DNA from: Candidatus Limnocylindrus sp.
GTDB taxonomy: Bacteria; Chloroflexota; Limnocylindria; Limnocylindrales; Limnocylindraceae
Assembly (NCBI GenBank): GCA_040397235.1
Contig: JBBAWH010000001.1
Coordinates: 21,330 to 85,329, forward strand
Length of the DNA: 64,000 nt
Direction: 5' to 3'
The notes under the pieces were generated by a model. The model did no database searches. It had not been told where the DNA came from and saw nothing but the letters and a program-made list of their open reading frames with translations. The first letter of the stretch is position 1; each line of letters starts with the position of its first letter. The translations under genes and the position numbers were made by a program. Shown here piece by piece: positions 57,453 through 64,000 of the stretch.

Positions 57453-58559
57453 ATGAAGACGCGAATGTTCGCGCTCCTCACCGTTCTCGCTCTTCTCGCC
57501 GCAGCGTGCGGTAGCTCGACGGCTTCGCCGTCAGCTTCCGTCGATGCCGGGAAGGCCGATTACAAGGCATGCCTCTCGTTGGACACGGGTGGACCTGCCG
57601 ACAAGAACTTCAACCAGTCAGCCTTCGAGGGCCTCGAGGCACTCAAGGCTGAAGGGTTCCAGACGGCCTTGACGACCGCTGTTGATGATTCGTCGTACGC
57701 GCCGAACATTCAGCAGTTGATCGACGAGGGCTGCAATACCGTGATCGCGGTCGGCTACAACCAGGGCACCGCCCTGCAGGCAGCCGCCGTCGACGTAGCC
57801 AATGCAGACATTGCATTCGGCTGGGTAGACGCAACCTGGGCACTTGAGGATGGCACGATTCCGGCGAACTTCACCGGTATCGACTTCCAGATCGACGAGG
57901 CTTCGATGCTCGCCGCCTACTTGGCAGCTGGCATTTCGAAGACCCACGTGATCGCCACCTACGGTGGAGCCCCATACCCAGGCGTAACCAAGTTCATGGA
58001 TGGCTGGGTCGCCGGCGCCAAGTACTACGCCGACAAGAAGGGCGTTGCAACCGATGTCTTGGGCTGGGATCCAGTCGCAGCCACCGGCACGTTCAACCCA
58101 AGCACCGCGCCGTTCAACGACGTGGACTTTGGTAAGACGACCGCTGACGCCTTCATGGGCCAGAGCGCTGACGTTGTGCACGCAGTTGCGGGCACCACGG
58201 GTAACGGCACGTATCAGGCAATGCTTGATGCAGGCAAGTACTCAGTCGGTGTGGACCTTGACCAGTGCATCAGCCTTCCTGAGTATTGTGGAACGCTCCT
58301 GACCTCAGCACAGAAGAACATCGGTGCTGCAGTGATCACGGCAGTGAACGACAACTTCGCAGGCAAGAAGGGTGGCACCAACTACATCGGTACGCTCGAG
58401 AACGGTGGCGTTCAGATCGCCACGCTCGATCGCACCGAGTCGGCTTGGACAGCCACCTTCGGCACGCTCGTAACCGCTGAGCTCAAGGCAGAGGTCGATG
58501 CCCTTAAGGCCGCGATCATTGACGGCTCAGTTAATGTCCTTGAGTGGGCAAAGAAGTAA
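57453..58559 (+). CDS. BMP-family (PnrA/Med-like) ABC transporter substrate-binding lipoprotein, probably nucleoside-binding
   Basis: 368 aa from ATG 57453. Signal and lipobox MKTRMFALLTVLALLAAACGSS. GCGGAGGG SD. BMP-like body (DKNFNQSAFEGL...VIAVGY...). The ORF-track start 57279 lies inside add. Confidence 0.88.
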   Translation: MKTRMFALLTVLALLAAACGSSTASPSASVDAGKADYKACLSLDTGGPADKNFNQSAFEGLEALKAEGFQTALTTAVDDSSYAPNIQQLIDEGCNTVIAVGYNQGTALQAAAVDVANADIAFGWVDATWALEDGTIPANFTGIDFQIDEASMLAAYLAAGISKTHVIATYGGAPYPGVTKFMDGWVAGAKYYADKKGVATDVLGWDPVAATGTFNPSTAPFNDVDFGKTTADAFMGQSADVVHAVAGTTGNGTYQAMLDAGKYSVGVDLDQCISLPEYCGTLLTSAQKNIGAAVITAVNDNFAGKKGGTNYIGTLENGGVQIATLDRTESAWTATFGTLVTAELKAEVDALKAAIIDGSVNVLEWAKK

Positions 58560-58596
58560 GTACTTCTCCATCGTTTCGGCGATGAAGTAGTAGCTC

Positions 58597-58626
58597 TCCG
58601 CCCGGGTGCTTCGGCATCCGGGCGGA
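58597..58626 (+). other. 13-bp stem-loop with UUCG tetraloop between the binding-protein and ATPase genes
   Basis: TCCGCCCGGGTGC-TTCG-GCATCCGGGCGGA has 12 Watson-Crick pairs and 1 G-U. No downstream U-tract, so it is not a canonical intrinsic terminator. Confidence 0.45.
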
Positions 58627-58674
58627 AGAGTATCTCCAGCAAAGCAGTGACAGAGTAGGGAGGGCACGCGTCGC

Positions 58675-60183
58675 ATGAGGCTTGAACTGCAGAAGATTAC
58701 GAAGCAGTTCCCTGGCGTTCTGGCGAACGATCGCATCTCTATCTCTGTCGATAAGGGTCAGGTTCTCGGCCTTCTCGGTGAGAACGGCGCAGGGAAGACC
58801 ACCCTCATGAACATCCTCTCGGGCCTCTATCGGCCTGATTCCGGCAAAATTCTGATTGATGGCAAGGAGCGCATCTTCCGCGATCCTGCCCAGGCCATTG
58901 ATGCGGGCATCGGCATGGTGCACCAGCACTTCATGCTCGTCCCCGTCTTCGACGTCACTGAATCCGTCGTGCTCGGCAACGAGCCAACCAAGGGCCCTCT
59001 CGGCAGCTTTGATCGGGCCACTGCACGCGCGCAGGTTGTTGAGCTCTCAAAGAGGCACGGCCTCCACGTTGACCCAGACGCAAAGATCGAATCACTCCCC
59101 GTTGGTGTACGTCAGCGCGTTGAGATCCTCAAGGCGCTCTATCGCAAGAGTGACATTCTCGTCCTCGATGAGCCATCAGCCGTGCTCACTCCGCAGGAGA
59201 CGGAGGAACTCTTCGAGATTATTCGTGGCCTTGCAAAGGGCGGTACCTCGGTCATCTTCATCACCCACAAGCTGAACGAGGTCATCGCCGTTGCCGACAA
59301 GATCACCGTGCTGCGCCGCGGTGCTATCGCAGGCGAGACGACGCCGAAGAAGGCGACCGCCGCCAAGCTCGCGGAGATGATGGTGGGGCGCGAGGTGCAG
59401 CTCACGGTCAGCCGTTCCAAGTCCAAGGTTGCCGAGCCGATCTTGCAGGTGAAAGGGTTGAATGTTTTGAACGACGCGGGCGGCATTGCCGTGAACAACG
59501 CGACCTTTGAGGTTCGGAGCGGAGAGATCCTCGCTGTTGCGGGCGTGCAGGGGAATGGCCAAACAGAGCTCGTGGAAGCCCTGACCGGCTTGCGGCTCGT
59601 TGACTCAGGCACCGTCACCCTGGAGAAGAAGTCGCTGCATGCTGGTTCGCCACGTGAGATCGCGATGGCAGGAGTTGCCCACATTCCTGAAGATCGCAAC
59701 CGCGACGGCATGGTGAAGGGCATGACGATCGCGGAGAACTACATCTTGAACACGTACCACCTGCCGCAGTACAGCAAGAACGGCCTGCTGAACCGCAAGG
59801 CGATCGCCGCCGCAACGGAGCAGGCGGTGAAAGACTTTGACATTCGCACCCCATCAATTAGCACAGACATTGCGTCGCTCTCCGGCGGCAATCAGCAGAA
59901 GGTGATTGTTGCGCGCGAATTTAGCCGCAATGTTCGTTTGGTCATTGCTGCGCAGCCAACGCGTGGTCTGGACGTCGGCTCGATCGAATACATCCACCGC
60001 CGCATCGTGGAGCAGCGCGATGCAGGCGCTGCCGTGTTGATTGTGAGTACGGAGCTTGATGAGGTGTTGGCACTTGGCGATCGCGTTGCCGTTATGTACG
60101 AGGGTCGGATTGTGGGAATCCTGGATGCCAAAGAGGCGACGCGTGAGCGGGTCGGCCTCCTCATGGGGGGTATCATCAAGTGA
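58675..60183 (+). CDS. ABC transporter ATP-binding protein, duplicated NBD (sugar/nucleoside CUT2 type)
   Basis: 502 aa. First NBD has GENGAGKTT, signature-like LPVGVRQRVEI and LVLDEPS. Second NBD has LSGGNQQK. GGGAGGG SD. Confidence 0.92.
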   Translation: MRLELQKITKQFPGVLANDRISISVDKGQVLGLLGENGAGKTTLMNILSGLYRPDSGKILIDGKERIFRDPAQAIDAGIGMVHQHFMLVPVFDVTESVVLGNEPTKGPLGSFDRATARAQVVELSKRHGLHVDPDAKIESLPVGVRQRVEILKALYRKSDILVLDEPSAVLTPQETEELFEIIRGLAKGGTSVIFITHKLNEVIAVADKITVLRRGAIAGETTPKKATAAKLAEMMVGREVQLTVSRSKSKVAEPILQVKGLNVLNDAGGIAVNNATFEVRSGEILAVAGVQGNGQTELVEALTGLRLVDSGTVTLEKKSLHAGSPREIAMAGVAHIPEDRNRDGMVKGMTIAENYILNTYHLPQYSKNGLLNRKAIAAATEQAVKDFDIRTPSISTDIASLSGGNQQKVIVAREFSRNVRLVIAAQPTRGLDVGSIEYIHRRIVEQRDAGAAVLIVSTELDEVLALGDRVAVMYEGRIVGILDAKEATRERVGLLMGGIIK

Positions 60184-61376
60184 GCAGGTTGAAGAGGTTC
60201 GGCTCGAAGATTCGGGTTCCAGCGCTCTCCATCTCAGTGGCGCTGCTCGTTGGCGCGATCTTCATCATCTTCACCGACGTCGAAGTGCTCGGCGGGCTGC
60301 TCTCTGATCCAATTGGAGCGTTGGGCCTTGGCATTGGGCGAGCAGCAGCCTCCTACAGCGCCCTATTCCGCGGAGCGTTCGGCGATCCAGAGAATATCGG
60401 CAAGGCACTCGCCTCTGATGGCGACATCAAGCTGTGGGCGCGCGCACTACGCCCGCTGGTTGAGAGCGTAGTTGCCTCCGTACCCCTGATCTTCGTCGGA
60501 CTGGGCGTTTCCGTTGCCTTCCGCACCGGCATCTTCAACATTGGCGGTGCTGGCCAGTACACCATGGGCGCCGTGGGCGGCACCATTGCAGCGCTCGTAT
60601 TCGGCGCAGGCGTTACGCCAGCACCTATTGCAATCCTCCTCGTGATGATCTTTGGAATCATTGGGGGAGCAGCCTGGGCATTCCTGCCAGGCTATTTGAA
60701 GGCACGCGTCGGCGCAAGTGAGGTGATCACGACGATCATGCTCAACTTCATCGCTGGGCAGTTTGTCTTCTTCCTCGTATCAAACTTCGAATTTATCCAG
60801 AAGCCACCACGCATTCAGCCAGTATCGAAGGAGCTCAGCCAGTTCGTGGACCTCCCAGGAATCTTGCCGATCGCAGCCCTGCGGATGGACATCAGCATCA
60901 TCATCGCGCTCCTCACCGCCGCTGCGGTCAGCTGGTTCCTCTTCCGGTCCACTCGTGGCTTTGAGCTTCGTGCAGCCGGCTTGAACCTTGCTGCAGCGAA
61001 ATATGCAGGCATTGGCGCAAGTACTTCGATCATCACCGCGATGCTGATTTCAGGAGCCATCTCCGGTCTTGGTGGTGCGCTTGTGGCTGTCGGTACGATC
61101 AAGCAGCTCTCGCCTGGTATCGCGGGGAGCGTTGGCTTCACTGCGATCGCTATCGCCCTCGTCGGTGGTACCCGGCCGAGCGGCGTGGTTGCGACCGCCC
61201 TCGTCTTCGGCCTACTGCAGCACGGCGGTAGCCTGATGCAGGTTGAGACAAGCATCCCAATTGAAATGCTTCTCTTTATTCAGGCACTCGTTATCGCCTT
61301 CATCGCAGCCCCTGAGTTGACGCTCGGCATCTTGAAAAATCCGTTCCGACGACGACAACGTTCGGTGGGCAAATGA
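60180..61376 (+). CDS. ABC transporter permease (BMP/nucleoside system)
   Basis: 398 aa, multi-TM. GTGA overlap with the ATPase gene. Confidence 0.88.
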   Translation: MSRLKRFGSKIRVPALSISVALLVGAIFIIFTDVEVLGGLLSDPIGALGLGIGRAAASYSALFRGAFGDPENIGKALASDGDIKLWARALRPLVESVVASVPLIFVGLGVSVAFRTGIFNIGGAGQYTMGAVGGTIAALVFGAGVTPAPIAILLVMIFGIIGGAAWAFLPGYLKARVGASEVITTIMLNFIAGQFVFFLVSNFEFIQKPPRIQPVSKELSQFVDLPGILPIAALRMDISIIIALLTAAAVSWFLFRSTRGFELRAAGLNLAAAKYAGIGASTSIITAMLISGAISGLGGALVAVGTIKQLSPGIAGSVGFTAIAIALVGGTRPSGVVATALVFGLLQHGGSLMQVETSIPIEMLLFIQALVIAFIAAPELTLGILKNPFRRRQRSVGK

Positions 61377-62719
61377 GCACGAAGGGAGGCAACGTGAGCA
61401 ATAAGAAGAGGCCAGTGGCAGCGGCTCGCGCGAAGACCACCACGTCTGCCCCGGCAAAGCGATCAGGCTCGGCAGTAGACGGCGCAGATGCGCAGCAACA
61501 GCTCATCGCCTCGCGCGTCCGCGCGGTGCTCTTTGCGCTTTTCGCGCTCCTATCCCTTGCGATTACATCTGGCTCATCGGAAGTTGAGGGGAATTTCGCA
61601 TTCTGGGTGGACAAGGTCGGCGGCACAGATATCTCGTTCTCAGTGCCGGTAGTTCTACTCTGGGCCGCCGTCACGGCCGGTTTTGGTGCGATGGCTGCCT
61701 TGCAATTTGTGCGCCGCGCCTCATTCAGGTGGCGCATTGCAATCGGTCTCGTCTCGCCCGTCTTGGTGTTTGCCCTCCTGGCCCGCCTCCTTGACGGTAC
61801 GACTGCGAATCTGACCGTCTTCCTCACCAGCACGTTGACGTACGCCATCCCCGTCGGGATTGGCGCTCTTGCCGGCATTATTGCGGAGCGCAGCGGGTTC
61901 CTGAACATTGCGATTGAAGGGAAGCTGTTGTTCGGCGCCATGGTTGGATCAATTGCTTCGAGCATTACGGGAGTCGCAATCGCGGGCCCTCTCGCAGGCG
62001 CAATCTTCGGCGCAGGTGTGAGCCTCTTCCTCGCATGGCTCGGGATTCGCTACAAGGTCGACCAGATTATTGCCGGCACAGTGATCAACATCGGCGCGCT
62101 CGGCATCACTAGCTTCGCGTACCTTCGTATCCTGGCGCCATACAGCGAATTCAACAGGCCGATCGGTATCATGCCGATTCAGATTCCTTTCCTTTCTGAC
62201 ATCCCTGTGATCGGACCGATCCTCTTCTCGCTGAGCCCCTACTTCTACATCTCCGTTGGGCTGGTGCTCCTCTTCACCTACATGATCTTCCGCACCCGTT
62301 GGGGACTGCGTCTGCGTGCGTCTGGTGAGCAGCCGAACGCCGCCGGAACAGTGGGCATTGACGTGGTGAAGCTGCGCTATCGCGCAATGCTGATCGCTGG
62401 TCTGCTTGCAGGCTTTGCTGGCAGTTACATCGCACTGAGCGGTACTGGCGGCTTCGGCATCAACACCAGCGCGGGTAAGGGCTTTATTGCACTCGCCGCG
62501 GTGATCTTTGGCGCGTGGAATCCCGTCTACGCTTTCGGAGCGTCGCTGATCTTCGGTATGACGAGTGCGGCAACAACGCTCCTCTCAGGGCTCGGCGTTT
62601 CGGTGCCACCGCAAATCCTGCTCTCGATGCCGTACATCGTCACGATCATCGTTGTGGCGGGCCTTATTGGTCGAGTGCGCGCTCCGGCTTCGGCTGGCCG
62701 TCCGTACGACCAGGGATAG
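61373..62719 (+). CDS. ABC transporter permease (BMP/nucleoside system), with a basic ~45-aa N-terminal extension
   Basis: 448 aa, multi-TM. ATGA overlap with the preceding permease. Confidence 0.85.
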   Translation: MSTKGGNVSNKKRPVAAARAKTTTSAPAKRSGSAVDGADAQQQLIASRVRAVLFALFALLSLAITSGSSEVEGNFAFWVDKVGGTDISFSVPVVLLWAAVTAGFGAMAALQFVRRASFRWRIAIGLVSPVLVFALLARLLDGTTANLTVFLTSTLTYAIPVGIGALAGIIAERSGFLNIAIEGKLLFGAMVGSIASSITGVAIAGPLAGAIFGAGVSLFLAWLGIRYKVDQIIAGTVINIGALGITSFAYLRILAPYSEFNRPIGIMPIQIPFLSDIPVIGPILFSLSPYFYISVGLVLLFTYMIFRTRWGLRLRASGEQPNAAGTVGIDVVKLRYRAMLIAGLLAGFAGSYIALSGTGGFGINTSAGKGFIALAAVIFGAWNPVYAFGASLIFGMTSAATTLLSGLGVSVPPQILLSMPYIVTIIVVAGLIGRVRAPASAGRPYDQG

Positions 62720-62731
62720 GGCGCTGGCGCT

Positions 62732-63760
62732 GTGAGCAACCCGTCGGTGCTCGGTTCGCCGACCTTCCATCACGCGAAGCTCACTCCTCGAACGGCACCG
62801 TTTGGCACCGTCGCCAAGCCGCTGCCGCTGATCATCGATAGTGATCCAGGGCTTGATGACGCGTTAGCGATTGCGTGCGCGGTGGTGCGGCCCGAGATCA
62901 ACCTGCTTGCGGTGACAAGCGTTGGCGGCAATGCCGACGTGCGGCACTGCACGGAGAACGCACTGCGCCTGCTGCAGCTCTACGGTGCTGGTGATGTGCC
63001 AGTTGCCGAAGGTGCGGTCGGACCGCTCTCTGGGCCCCTTGAGCGCGCCACCGAAGTCCATGGCGAGGGAGGCCTTGGCAACACCAAGCTGCCGAAGGCT
63101 CCGCGCACAGCCGAACCAGAAGGGGCTGTGGCACTGATGGCGCGCATCCTGGAGGCATCACCAGAGCCGGTGGCGATTGCCCCAGTGGGCCCACTCACCA
63201 ATATCGCGCTGCTGATTCGTTCATACCCACATCTCGCACCAAAGATCTCGCACATCTGCCTGATGGGCGGCTCGGTAGGGGAGGGGAACTCCTCTGCATC
63301 GGCGGAGTTCAATATCTATGCAGATCCAACCGCGGCCGAGATTGTGTTCAACAGTGGCCTGCCAATCACGATGATTGGCCTCGACGTTACCCATCATGCA
63401 ATCCTCGACCGAACGATCCTTGATCGATTCGCGGCACTCCCTGGTGCATCGGCGAAGGTTGCCGCAGAACTGCTGAAGTTCTCGTTTGACCGCTCCGCCG
63501 CCTGGGGCCAGGGCGAGAAGATGGCCATTCACGACGCCGTCGCCGTGCTGCACCTCGCGATTCCAGATCTCGTCGGCGTATCGCCTTATCACGTGGTGGT
63601 AGATGCAACGCAGGGACCGGCGCGCGGTCGCACGATTGGAGATGCGAATCCATACCGCCTCAAGCGTGACAAGTTGGAGCCGAATTGCGACGTGGGGCTC
63701 ACCATCGACAGCAAGCGATTCGCAGACGAGATGGTAGATATCTACTCGAAGCTGCCATGA
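62732..63760 (+). CDS. Nucleoside hydrolase (IUNH family)
   Basis: 342 aa. Aspartate cluster [14 protein letters not shown]. Later blocks ICLMGGS and FNIYADP. Confidence 0.9.
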   Translation: MSNPSVLGSPTFHHAKLTPRTAPFGTVAKPLPLIIDSDPGLDDALAIACAVVRPEINLLAVTSVGGNADVRHCTENALRLLQLYGAGDVPVAEGAVGPLSGPLERATEVHGEGGLGNTKLPKAPRTAEPEGAVALMARILEASPEPVAIAPVGPLTNIALLIRSYPHLAPKISHICLMGGSVGEGNSSASAEFNIYADPTAAEIVFNSGLPITMIGLDVTHHAILDRTILDRFAALPGASAKVAAELLKFSFDRSAAWGQGEKMAIHDAVAVLHLAIPDLVGVSPYHVVVDATQGPARGRTIGDANPYRLKRDKLEPNCDVGLTIDSKRFADEMVDIYSKLP

Positions 63761-64000
63761 GCGAGCTGAGGCCGAACCCGCTCCCGCTCTCGACGCCGTT
63801 CCCGCCGTCGCCACGCCGCGCACCACTCGGCACCGTTGCGAAGCCACTGCCGATCATCATCGACTGTGATCCTGGCCATGACGATGCAATGGCGCTCGCC
63901 GTTGCCTTTGCCCGCCCAGAGCTGAAGGTGCTCGGCGTCACCGCTGTTGCTGGCAACGCATCGCTGCCAAAGACCTACGAGAACCTGCGCCGCACCCTAG
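63757..64000 (+). CDS. Second nucleoside hydrolase (IUNH family), 3'-truncated by window end
   Basis: ATG 63757 overlaps the upstream TGA as ATGA. Translation [11 protein letters not shown]...[29 protein letters not shown]... is open to the window end. Not in the ORF track. Confidence 0.85.
   Translation, partial: MSELRPNPLPLSTPFPPSPRRAPLGTVAKPLPIIIDCDPGHDDAMALAVAFARPELKVLGVTAVAGNASLPKTYENLRRTL

Overview
High-GC bacterial chromosomal segment, almost entirely core housekeeping and mostly on the + strand.

(1) 1-24.3 kb: the 3' part of rpoC, then an uninterrupted str-S10-spc-alpha-L13/S9 ribosomal super-cluster. Order: rpsL rpsG fusA tuf rpsJ rplC rplD rplW rplB rpsS rplV rpsC rplP rpmC rpsQ rplN rplX rplE rpsZ rpsH rplF rplR rpsE rpmD rplO secY adk map infA rpmJ rpsM rpsK rpsD rpoA rplQ rplM rpsI.

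(2) 24.3-38.5 kb: envelope-precursor and tRNA/rRNA-modification genes joined by 4-14 nt overlaps. Order: glmM, glmS, acpS, alr, a 556-aa orphan, tsaE, tsaB, rimI, tsaD, an in-frame rsmA-ispE fusion, ridA, glmU, CNNM/CorC-type protein.

(3) 38.5-51 kb: mixed orientation. It holds a polyprenyl synthase, recO, a small membrane protein, a DUF4446-like + UvrD/PD-(D/E)XK helicase-nuclease + membrane-protein operon, an agmatinase-family enzyme, a methyltransferase, murI, an MtnN-like nucleosidase, a CapA-like lipoprotein, an acidic orphan and an FtsB-like protein.

(4) 51-64 kb: a nucleoside/deoxyribose catabolism cluster. It holds three ALDH-family genes (one lacks the catalytic domain), deoC, add, a BMP-type ABC transporter and two tandem nucleoside hydrolases (the second is cut by the window end).

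I saw no rRNA, tRNA, CRISPR array, transposase/integrase or obvious defence island. Gene order suggests a Terrabacteria (Actinobacteria/Chloroflexi-like) lineage; this is inference only.

I do not see a clear-cut novel multi-gene system. The best second-look candidates are:
- the 556-aa orphan translationally locked between alr and tsaE;
- a recurrent leaderless-promoter architecture, with back-to-back -10 boxes at divergent gene pairs;
- the rsmA-ispE fusion with an internal SD+GTG;
- a catalytic-domain-less ALDH paralogue;
- the DUF4446/helicase-nuclease/membrane-protein operon.

All family calls come from reading the translations by eye. No searches were run.
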